Below are positions 9,436 through 17,385 of a stretch of DNA of 64,000 nucleotides, piece by piece (the first letter of the stretch is position 1; every line of letters starts with the position of its first letter). The notes beneath the pieces were generated by a model. The model saw only the letters and a program-made list of their open reading frames with translations. It did not search any database and was not told the origin of the DNA. Both the position numbers and the translations under genes were made by a program. The DNA comes from Gemmatimonadales bacterium (GTDB taxonomy: Bacteria > Gemmatimonadota > Gemmatimonadetes > Gemmatimonadales > GWC2-71-9): the NCBI GenBank assembly GCA_037189525.1, contig JBBCJC010000003.1:384001-448000 (forward strand), given 5' to 3'.

Positions 9436-11133
9436 ATGCGCAATCGCTGGTTACCGGCTCTGGTCTGCGGCTTCCTGATCGGTACGGCTATACCGTCCTT
9501 CGCGCAGACCGTGTCGGTCCGGGTCGTGCGCGCCGAAGCGGATGCGCCATTGCCAGGTGCGCTGGTCACGCTGCGCACCGTCGATGGCGTCCTGGTACTG
9601 CGTGCGCTCACGGACGAGCGAGGCCGGCTGTCGGTCCGGGCGCCCTCCGAGGGCAGCTTCGTCGTGCGGGCCGATGCGATCGGCTATCGCGGAGCCTCGT
9701 CGGCGCCGCTGGTGCTCGAAGCCGCACAGGTTCGGGAACTGACCTTTCGGCTGGAGGCGGCGCCGTTTGAAATCCGCGACCTGGTCGTAGCCTCCAATCG
9801 TGCCGCGGTATGCGATCTCGAGTCGGCAGGGGTCGGAGTTACGGCCCGGCTCTGGGACGAAGCTCGCAAGGCCCTGCATGGTGCGGCGATTACCCGGACC
9901 GATGCGCCGTTGCTGCTCGACGTGCAGACGTATGAACGCCGGTTGTCGCTGCAGGGCCGAATCGAACGGGAGCGCCGGGATGCGCGGCTGACGCGGAACC
10001 AGCGGCCCTTCGCGGCGGCCAACCCGGGCGATCTGCATCGGAACGGCTGGGTCCAGCAGCAAGGTGCGCATGCCTGGTACTTCGGCCCCGATGCCGAGCT
10101 GCTGCTTTCGGACGAGTTTCTCGAAGATCATTGTTTCCGCGCCGTCTCTCCCGATACCGCGGGTCAGGTGGGGTTGGCCTTCTCGCCGCATCGTCGTCGC
10201 GACCTGCCCGATATCCAAGGCGTGCTGCGTCTCGACAGTACCACGCTCGAACTCCGGTCCATCGACTTCGGATATGCCAACATCGATCTGCCCAGCGAAG
10301 CGCTCATCCCGGGCAAAGTCGGCGGGCGGATCGAGTTCACCCGACTGCCGAACGGAGCCTGGTACGTCAGCCACTGGAATATTCGAACCCCCTTTCTGAC
10401 TCGGCAGATGCAGCACCGCGGCATGGTGCACAAGGTGGTTGCCTACCAGGATGTCGGAGGCGAGGCCCGGCCGGTGCGTTCGGAAGCCGATCGCGCGGAG
10501 ACTACCGTGGCCGGCGTGGTTTTCGACTCGCTCACCAATCAGCCGCTTGCCGGGGTGGTCGTCACGCTGGGCGGGACGATGGTCGACACCACCGATGCGG
10601 AGGGCCGGTATCGTCTCAGTACGGGAGGGCAGGGGGAGTACCGTTTGACGTTTGCGCACCCTCGTTTCGCCGCGGTGGGAATGCCGCGGATCGAAGACTC
10701 GGTGCGCCTGGTGCGCGGCGTCGATGCGGCGCGCGATATCGGACTTCCATCGGAGGCCACCTTGTTTGGTCGGCTCTGTCCGGCGGATGTCGGTAAGCGC
10801 GACGTCGGGATCTTGAGCGCGGCGCTGGTCGATGCAGAGACTGGAGATCCCGTGCCGTACGCGATGGTGGCCTTGCATACCATCGGGGTCATCAGATTCC
10901 GCGCCGTCCAGAGCTACAATGCGTCGGGACGGCTCTCGACCCGGACCTCGGTTCGAGACGGAACCACGGTGCGGGAGATCACCATGGGTGACGAGCATGC
11001 GTTCTATCTATGTGGAGTGGGCCGGTCGGATGAGATTCGCATGACGGTCGCAGCGCCGGGCAGGGCGTCCTTCGAGTCGGAACTCGAGACGCCTCGTCCG
11101 CCCGTCGAGGCCCTCGTCGTCCGGTTGCCATAA
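9436..11133 (+). CDS. secreted carboxypeptidase-regulatory-like domain protein (paralog 2)
   Basis: GGAGG RBS; signal peptide ending PSFA-Q; same architecture and PDAELLLSDEFLEDHCF motif as the upstream gene. Confidence 0.8.
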   Translation: MRNRWLPALVCGFLIGTAIPSFAQTVSVRVVRAEADAPLPGALVTLRTVDGVLVLRALTDERGRLSVRAPSEGSFVVRADAIGYRGASSAPLVLEAAQVRELTFRLEAAPFEIRDLVVASNRAAVCDLESAGVGVTARLWDEARKALHGAAITRTDAPLLLDVQTYERRLSLQGRIERERRDARLTRNQRPFAAANPGDLHRNGWVQQQGAHAWYFGPDAELLLSDEFLEDHCFRAVSPDTAGQVGLAFSPHRRRDLPDIQGVLRLDSTTLELRSIDFGYANIDLPSEALIPGKVGGRIEFTRLPNGAWYVSHWNIRTPFLTRQMQHRGMVHKVVAYQDVGGEARPVRSEADRAETTVAGVVFDSLTNQPLAGVVVTLGGTMVDTTDAEGRYRLSTGGQGEYRLTFAHPRFAAVGMPRIEDSVRLVRGVDAARDIGLPSEATLFGRLCPADVGKRDVGILSAALVDAETGDPVPYAMVALHTIGVIRFRAVQSYNASGRLSTRTSVRDGTTVREITMGDEHAFYLCGVGRSDEIRMTVAAPGRASFESELETPRPPVEALVVRLP

Positions 11134-11225
11134 CCTGGATTCGACATTGAAAAACTCGGAATTCCACCCGATTCTCGCGTGAGTCGTGGGTGGCTCTCCC
11201 TTCCAGATGGAGCTAAATTGTCAGT

Positions 11226-11690
11226 ATGCGGATTACGACGTGGACGGAATACAGCCTGATCATCTCGATCCATCTCGCCAGACGGGGTGGTCGGGGCAGT
11301 ACACCCGTAGCGGCCCGTGAGCTGGCGGAGATCGAGCGGTTGCCGGCCGACTACGTCGAGCAGATTCTGCTGCGCCTCCGACGCGCCGGAATCGTCGAGA
11401 GTGTCCGGGGCGCCCGCGGGGGCTATTTCCTGGGCCGCGAGGCCGCGACCATCACGGTTCGCGATGTGATGGCCGCCTCGGAGCATCAGACCTTCGAAAT
11501 GAACTGTGACACCCATCCGGTCGACCCCGAGCGCTGTTCCCCCACCAGCGGTTGCGCAATCCGGCCGGTCTGGCAGGCGCTCCAGGTGCGGATCGATGAG
11601 TTTCTCGGCAGTGTGACGCTGGCGGATCTTCTCCGCGACGAGCCGACGCCGGAGTTCGTCTCACTCACCTCGAGTGGTGGCGGCTCGTAA
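11226..11690 (+). CDS. Rrf2 family transcriptional regulator with three C-terminal Cys (IscR-like, probably Fe-S binding)
   Basis: YVEQILLRLRRAGIVESVRGARGGYFL wHTH; C-x9-C-x5-C in MNCDTHPVDPERCSPTSGC. Confidence 0.92.
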   Translation: MRITTWTEYSLIISIHLARRGGRGSTPVAARELAEIERLPADYVEQILLRLRRAGIVESVRGARGGYFLGREAATITVRDVMAASEHQTFEMNCDTHPVDPERCSPTSGCAIRPVWQALQVRIDEFLGSVTLADLLRDEPTPEFVSLTSSGGGS

Positions 11691-11720
11691 ACCCCGGACC
11701 CCGTGGTATCGGGTTCGCCC

Positions 11721-12845
11721 ATGTCGAATCCTGCAGAGTTGATCCGTTACGCCCGGCACCTCACCCTGCCGGGCGTTGGTGTTGCTGGCCAGGACAAACT
11801 CCGGACCGCGCGAGTCCTGATCGTTGGCGTCGGGGGATTGGGCTCTCCGGCGGCGCTGTATCTGGCGGCGGCGGGGGTGGGAACCCTGGGGCTGATCGAT
11901 GCCGACCGGGTCGACCTCACCAATCTGCAGCGGCAGATCCTCCACGGAACCGGCGCCATCGGCCAATCCAAACTCGAGTCGGCCGCGGGGCGCCTCGCCG
12001 ATCTCAATCCGACCACGCGGCTCGAACTACACCCCGTGCGGCTCTCGTCGGCCAATGCAGCCGACCTGATCGACAGCTACGACATCGTGATCGACGGGAG
12101 CGACAACTTTCCGACCCGCTATCTCGTCAATGACGCCTGCATTCTGGGCGGCAAATCCTTCGTCTACGGCAGCATCCTGCGCTTCGACGGTCAGGTCTCG
12201 GTTTTTGGCGCGCCCGGCGGGCCCTGCTATCGATGCCTCTTTTCGGAGCCGCCCCCAGCCGAACTGGTCCCCAATTGCGCCGAAGCCGGCGTACTCGGCG
12301 TGCTGCCCGGAGTGGTGGGGACACTGCAGGCTACCGAAGCTCTCAAACTGATACTCGGTGTGGGCGAGCCTTTAATTGGGCGCCTCCTGCTGTACGACGC
12401 GCTCAAGGCGCGAACCCGCGATGTGGCCATCCGGCGTGATCCGTCCTGCGCGGTCTGCGGTGACCAACCCACGGTGACCGAGCTGATCGACTACGACGCC
12501 TTCTGTGGCGTGAGGGGTCGCGAGGCGGGCAGCGCCGAGGTGGCGCCGACCGAATTGGCGGCCTGGATCGAGTCGGGTGTGCCGCTCGAGCTGATCGATG
12601 TGCGTGAGCCGTGGGAAACCGAGATCGGCACCATTCCGGGCTCCCGCCTGATTCCGTTGGGTGAGCTGCCCGGTCGCTTGGTCGATCTCGATCCGCGACG
12701 CCTCTATGTAACGGTTTGTCACCGAGGCCAGCGTTCGCTGGCGGCGCAGTCCCTCCTCGATGGCGCCGGTTTCGAAGCCAGGAGTCTCCAGGGCGGGGTC
12801 GACGCCTGGTCGACTGAAATCGATCCCGGCCTGCCTCGATACTGA
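11721..12845 (+). CDS. moeB: MoeB/ThiF adenylyltransferase with C-terminal rhodanese (MoeZ/MoeBR)
   Basis: RYARH, GVGGLGSP, NLQRQ, GSDNFPTRYL, PCYRC, CAEAGVLG, CAVC and rhodanese CHRGQRS. Confidence 0.93.
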   Translation: MSNPAELIRYARHLTLPGVGVAGQDKLRTARVLIVGVGGLGSPAALYLAAAGVGTLGLIDADRVDLTNLQRQILHGTGAIGQSKLESAAGRLADLNPTTRLELHPVRLSSANAADLIDSYDIVIDGSDNFPTRYLVNDACILGGKSFVYGSILRFDGQVSVFGAPGGPCYRCLFSEPPPAELVPNCAEAGVLGVLPGVVGTLQATEALKLILGVGEPLIGRLLLYDALKARTRDVAIRRDPSCAVCGDQPTVTELIDYDAFCGVRGREAGSAEVAPTELAAWIESGVPLELIDVREPWETEIGTIPGSRLIPLGELPGRLVDLDPRRLYVTVCHRGQRSLAAQSLLDGAGFEARSLQGGVDAWSTEIDPGLPRY

Positions 12846-13105
12846 CGTCCTCGGGCCGATTTTCGGTCTCCACACCGCAGCACGGTCGAGCCGCTGCTGC
12901 CGCAAATCCTCGACACTGTAGACCGTTGCCCTCGGACCGTTCCTGCACTGCCAGTCCAAGCCTTTGACACCTGGGTGTTCGCTTTCCGAACACCTGATTG
13001 ATGCATTCCAACCATCAGTCCTTCTGTCTCACGGGGGCCAGGGCGGGAAACGTGCTGTTCTTTGCACTCTTCCCGGCATTATAGGGGGAGACGGGCAGTC
13101 GGGTT

Positions 13106-13120
13106 TGGCACCCCGTTTGC
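13106..13120 (+). promoter_or_regulatory. sigma54 (-24/-12) promoter
   Basis: TGGCAC-CCCGT-TTGC matches TGGCAC-N5-TTGC with exact GG-N10-GC spacing, in a 408-bp intergenic region upstream of a three-gene + strand unit. Confidence 0.75.
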
Positions 13121-13253
13121 CTTTCGAAGGGGCAACGCGACCCCTGCGTCCGATCATCCTGATCGGGTCGAACCAGACGCAGTCGTGGCGAGCAGCCGGC
13201 CGAGCTCGCGGTACCGTCGCAAGTCGATAACCTACAATCCGAGGCGTACCACG

Positions 13254-13853
13254 ATGTCTGTTTCACTTCGCTCTCTCCGCTCGACCCTGATCGCCTTGGC
13301 TACGGCGGCGTCGGTCGGTTGTTCCAATGATATGCTCGCGCCCGAACCGGTTGTCGAGTCCACCCCGAATCAGTTGCTCGGCCTGGGTAAGGTCATCGGC
13401 GGTCTCGGTAACACGGTCAACAACACGCTCAACAACACGCTCAATACGTTGAACAACCTGCTCACCGGGCTGGTCGCCTGCACGCCGCTCCAGAATGCGT
13501 CGACGACCAAGACGATTGGTCCGCAGGGTGGGACCCTCTCCGTCGGCCAGTACACGCTGACGATTCCGGCCGGTGCGCTGTCGCAGGCCAAGACCATCAC
13601 GATGCAGCAGGTCGCGGACACGGTCAACTCGGTGCGGTTCACCCCGCACGGGCTCCAGTTCGCGCAGTCGGCCACGCTGACGATGGGCTACTCCAACTGC
13701 CTCCTTGCTTTGCAGACCTCGCAGCCGGTGCGCGTGCTGTACGTCAACGAGGCGCTGCAGCAGCTCGAAGCGCCGCTCTCGGTCGACCATTCGGCGGCCA
13801 ACAAGGTGTCGGCCGAGATCGATCACTTCTCGCGGTACGCGATTGCCTGGTAA
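13254..13853 (+). CDS. hypothetical lipoprotein with Asn/Thr/Leu repeat and ZU5-like beta domain
   Basis: GAGG RBS; lipobox ASVG-C23; IGPQGGTL...LTIPAGAL...FTPHGLQF...IDHFSRYAIAW resembles the ZU5-like pattern; strong codon bias. Confidence 0.8.
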   Translation: MSVSLRSLRSTLIALATAASVGCSNDMLAPEPVVESTPNQLLGLGKVIGGLGNTVNNTLNNTLNTLNNLLTGLVACTPLQNASTTKTIGPQGGTLSVGQYTLTIPAGALSQAKTITMQQVADTVNSVRFTPHGLQFAQSATLTMGYSNCLLALQTSQPVRVLYVNEALQQLEAPLSVDHSAANKVSAEIDHFSRYAIAW

Positions 13854-13867
13854 ACGGCGCTTCGCCG

Positions 13868-14917
13868 ATGTCACCCTTACAACCGGACGGAACCTCGGAG
13901 CGGCGACCAGCCGCTCCGGCGGCGCAAGCGAAGTGGTACTTCGATCGCGCCGCTGAAGACGAACGCGGGGGCAGGACAACGGAAGCGGAGTGCGGCTACC
14001 TCACGGCCGCCGAGTGGGCCCGATCGGCGGCGGTGGCGGAGCTCGAAGCAGAAGCGCTGAGTCGGTTTGCGGTGATCAAGCACCATCAGGGACAACCCGA
14101 AGCAGCCAAACGGGCCGGGCTCCAGAGCTTGGCCGCGGCGCGAACGGCTCCCGACCGCGCCACCGAAGCGCAGACCCTCAACGTGCTGGCGGGTTTGAGC
14201 CTCGAACGGGGAGAACTGGACGATGCGCGCAAGCTGTTCGAGGATGCGCTCATGCTCGCTGCGCATCGCGAGGATCTTCGCGCCAAGATCGAACAGAATC
14301 TCGGCATCGTCGCCAACGTCCAGGGCGACTGGGGCCTGGCCGAGTCGCACTATCGGCGCGCGTTGGAGATCTACCGCCGGCTGGGCGATTGGCGTGGCGA
14401 AGCCATGGCCTGCCACAACCTGGGCATGATGAGCGCGGATCACCGTGACTTTGTCCGGGCCGAGCGGTACTTCTCGGAGGCGATGGCGCTGTCCCGCTTG
14501 CTGCGCGATCGGCGGCTCGAAGCGCTCTGCCTCCTCAACCGCGGCGAGATCCTGGTCGAGCGGCAGGCCTACGCGCACGCCGAACACGACGTCGAAGATG
14601 CCCGGGCGATTTTTCTCACGCTGGAGTCGGTGGTCGAAGAGGCGGATTGCCGGCGGGTGCTCGGCTCCATCACGGCGCAGACCGGCCGTCCGGAGCAGGC
14701 CATCGCGCATCTCACCGCCGCCATCCATCTCGCGATCGATGCGGACACGCCGCTCACCGAAGCGGAGGCCTGGCGTGAACTCGGCTATCTTCGCGCCAGC
14801 CAGGGACGCATCGAGGAGGCCTACCAGGCTCTGGAGGAAGCCGTCGCGCTGTTCGATCGGCTCGGCGCTCGGCACGAAGTGACCGAAGTCAGCCGGCGGT
14901 TGTCCGACCTCGTGTAA
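13868..14917 (+). CDS. tetratricopeptide repeat protein (TPR only)
   Basis: About 8 repeats of ~40 aa (LNVLAG, QNLGIV, HNLGMM, LNRGEI, RVLGSI, RELGYL). Confidence 0.88.
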   Translation: MSPLQPDGTSERRPAAPAAQAKWYFDRAAEDERGGRTTEAECGYLTAAEWARSAAVAELEAEALSRFAVIKHHQGQPEAAKRAGLQSLAAARTAPDRATEAQTLNVLAGLSLERGELDDARKLFEDALMLAAHREDLRAKIEQNLGIVANVQGDWGLAESHYRRALEIYRRLGDWRGEAMACHNLGMMSADHRDFVRAERYFSEAMALSRLLRDRRLEALCLLNRGEILVERQAYAHAEHDVEDARAIFLTLESVVEEADCRRVLGSITAQTGRPEQAIAHLTAAIHLAIDADTPLTEAEAWRELGYLRASQGRIEEAYQALEEAVALFDRLGARHEVTEVSRRLSDLV

Positions 14918-14970
14918 TCTTTGCGTTGTCTGGCGGGTCTGGCCCCGCCATTGCGGTATACCGGCGCGCT

Positions 14971-16611
14971 ATGTCCGGTTCCGCACCACCTCCCGTTCCG
15001 CTGTCGCCCTCTCGACCTCCCAAGCAACTGCTTGGCGATGCGCTCGAGCGTGAGCGCGCCGGTGATATACCCGGCGCGACGGCGCTCTATCGGCACGCGA
15101 TCGAACGAGCCGAACCGGCCGGCGACGCGGTCTCGCACGCCGTAGCGCTCCGGCGCTTGGCGGTGCTGGCCCATTTTGCCAATCAGCCCGACGAGGCGCA
15201 CAGCCTGGCGCAGGAGAGTCACGCGGTGGCTCATCGCGCCGGCGATCCGATCCGTGCCGCCGAGGCGCTCAACGTGCTTGCCGGCTTTGCGCTCGAACGT
15301 GGCGACCTCGACGACGCGGAAGCCCTCTACGGCGAGGCCGGTATGCTGGGCGCCGAAGATCGTCTGCTGGCCGGCCGGGTGGCGCAGAATCGCGGTATCA
15401 TCGCCAACGTCAAGGGCGACTGGGTCGCCGCCACCAACCACTATCGCCGCTCGCTCGACGAGTTCGTCGCGGCTGGCGACGACTCGAGCTGCGCCATTGC
15501 CTATCACAACCTGGGCATCGTCACCGCGGATCACGGCGACCTGAACCGCGCCGACGACTACTATCGGCAGGCCCGCGCCTTAGCCGAGCGCGTCGGCGAC
15601 GTCCGGCTCGGCGCGTCGGTCCAGCTCAATGCCGCCGAGGTCCGGATTGCGCGGGGCGAAGGCGAACACGCGCTCCGCGAGGCAAACGCGGCGCTCCAGG
15701 TCTTTACCAATCTCGGTTCCGAACTCGACAAGGTGGATGCCTACCGGGTGGTCGGTATGGCCTACCGCCTGATGGGGCAGCGGCAGTTGGCCGAGGCGCG
15801 ACTGGTCGACGCCGTCGCGCTGGCCGAACGGACCGGCTCATCGCTGGCGGAGGCCGCTGCGGTTCGAGAACTGTCGTTGCTCTATCACGACCTGGGGCGC
15901 AATCAGGACGCCTTACGTGGCCTGACCCGGGCGCATCGGCTCTTTACCCGGCTCGACGCACGCCGCGAACTGGTCGACATCGCGCAGAAGGTGCGGACGC
16001 TCGAAAACACCTATCTCTCGGTGGTACGGGATTGGGGTCGCTCGATCGAATCGGCCGACAGCTACACCTTCGGCCACTGCGAGCGGGTGGCTCGGTTCGG
16101 CGTGCTGGTCGCCTCAGCGCTAGGTGCGGACGAGATGGCGACCCGGACCGTGCAACTGGGCGCCTACCTGCACGATCTCGGTAAGGTGCGCGTGCCGCAT
16201 GAGATCCTGAGCAAGCCGGGGCGATTGACGGACGAGGAGTTCGCGGTGATCAAACGGCATCCCGAGTGGGGTGAGGAACTGCTGGTCGAGGTGGAGTTTC
16301 CCTGGGACCTCAAGCCGGTGATCCGCTGGCATCATGAAAAACTCGACGGGACCGGGTATCCCGATCGCCTCGCCGGCGATCGGATCCCGCTCAGTGCGCA
16401 GATCATTTGTGTGGTCGATGTCTGGGATGCGCTGACGACGACGCGCAGCTACCGGGCTGCCATGGATCTCGATCGGGCGCTCGGGATCATGGAGGAGAGC
16501 CGTCACTGGTGGCGGCCCGAGGTCTACCAGGCGTTCCAGGCCGCGGTCCCGGCGGCGACACCGGTCGACCCGGCCCGCCGGCAGGACGCGGTCGCGGCGC
16601 CGGGCGGGTGA
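14971..16611 (+). CDS. TPR-containing HD-GYP phosphodiesterase (probably c-di-GMP)
   Basis: N-terminal TPR array; YTFGHCERV, LHDLGK, HHEKLDGTGYP and DVWDALTTTRSYR motifs. Confidence 0.92.
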   Translation: MSGSAPPPVPLSPSRPPKQLLGDALERERAGDIPGATALYRHAIERAEPAGDAVSHAVALRRLAVLAHFANQPDEAHSLAQESHAVAHRAGDPIRAAEALNVLAGFALERGDLDDAEALYGEAGMLGAEDRLLAGRVAQNRGIIANVKGDWVAATNHYRRSLDEFVAAGDDSSCAIAYHNLGIVTADHGDLNRADDYYRQARALAERVGDVRLGASVQLNAAEVRIARGEGEHALREANAALQVFTNLGSELDKVDAYRVVGMAYRLMGQRQLAEARLVDAVALAERTGSSLAEAAAVRELSLLYHDLGRNQDALRGLTRAHRLFTRLDARRELVDIAQKVRTLENTYLSVVRDWGRSIESADSYTFGHCERVARFGVLVASALGADEMATRTVQLGAYLHDLGKVRVPHEILSKPGRLTDEEFAVIKRHPEWGEELLVEVEFPWDLKPVIRWHHEKLDGTGYPDRLAGDRIPLSAQIICVVDVWDALTTTRSYRAAMDLDRALGIMEESRHWWRPEVYQAFQAAVPAATPVDPARRQDAVAAPGG

Positions 16612-16641
16612 GGCCCCACACCGAACGCACCCCAAAACCAA

Positions 16642-16673
16642 ACGCGCCAGGGAACAGAAGTTCCCTGGCGCGT
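16642..16673 (-). terminator. intrinsic terminator hairpin between convergent HD-GYP gene and tRNA-Leu
   Basis: Perfect 14-bp stem ACGCGCCAGGGAAC-agaa-GTTCCCTGGCGCGT; T-rich run follows on the - strand. Confidence 0.75.
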
Positions 16674-16720
16674 CGGTCGATTCGGAGTGGGCGGAGCCCA
16701 CGAAAGCTTGCTGACTGATC

Positions 16721-16805
<85 letters not shown>

Positions 16806-16852
16806 GCGGAACGCAAACCTAGAGGAGCCAAGCAGTTAAGGCAAGTCGTGCG

Positions 16853-16881
16853 TTGCACCTGCCCGACACCCTTCCTATCTT
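16853..16881 (+). promoter_or_regulatory. sigma70-type promoter of smpB operon
   Basis: TTGCAC-17 nt-TATCTT, followed by GAGAGG RBS. Confidence 0.65.
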
Positions 16882-16899
16882 CAAACGGGAGAGAGGTTT

Positions 16900-17385
16900 A
16901 TGGCCAAGGGTGCCACGGAGGCAAAGCGGGCGGACGGGCGGATTCCGGTGGCACGGAATCCGCGAGCCACCCATGACTACCATATCCTGGAAACGCACGA
17001 AGCGGGCATCGTGCTGTCCGGGACCGAGGTGAAGAGCCTTCGGCAGGGCAAGGCCTCGATCAAGGAGGCGTTCGGGGTGGTCCGCAATGGTGAGGTGTGG
17101 CTGGAGGGCATGCACATCACGCCATACGAGCAGGGTAACCGGTACAACCATGTTCCGGTGCGGACCCGAAAGCTCTTGATGCATCGGCAGGAAATCGAAC
17201 GGCTGATCGGGGCGACCGAACAGAAGGGCTGCACCCTGGTTCCGCTCGAGTTGTACTTCAAAGATGGTCGCGCCAAAGTGGCGCTCGCGTTGGGGAAGGG
17301 GAAGAAAGTGCACGACCGTCGGGAAGACCTGAAACGCCGCATTGCCGATCGTGAAATGGCACGCGGCTACAAGGGGCGGGAATGA
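16900..17385 (+). CDS. smpB: SsrA-binding protein
   Basis: EAGIVLSGTEVKSLR, RTRKLLMHRQEI, GKGKKVHDRR. Confidence 0.97.
   Translation: MAKGATEAKRADGRIPVARNPRATHDYHILETHEAGIVLSGTEVKSLRQGKASIKEAFGVVRNGEVWLEGMHITPYEQGNRYNHVPVRTRKLLMHRQEIERLIGATEQKGCTLVPLELYFKDGRAKVALALGKGKKVHDRREDLKRRIADREMARGYKGRE

Noticed and set aside
11150..11176. Weak dyad TCGG-N8-CCGA as an Rrf2 operator
   Set aside because: Only 4-bp arms in GC-rich DNA and no second copy seen
13062..13253. N-terminal extensions in the ORF track (also 34754-35212, 47682-48044, 48272-48448, 6211-6462, 36234-36356)
   Set aside because: They overlap neighbouring genes or promoters; downstream starts give proper signal peptides, RBSs or family N-termini
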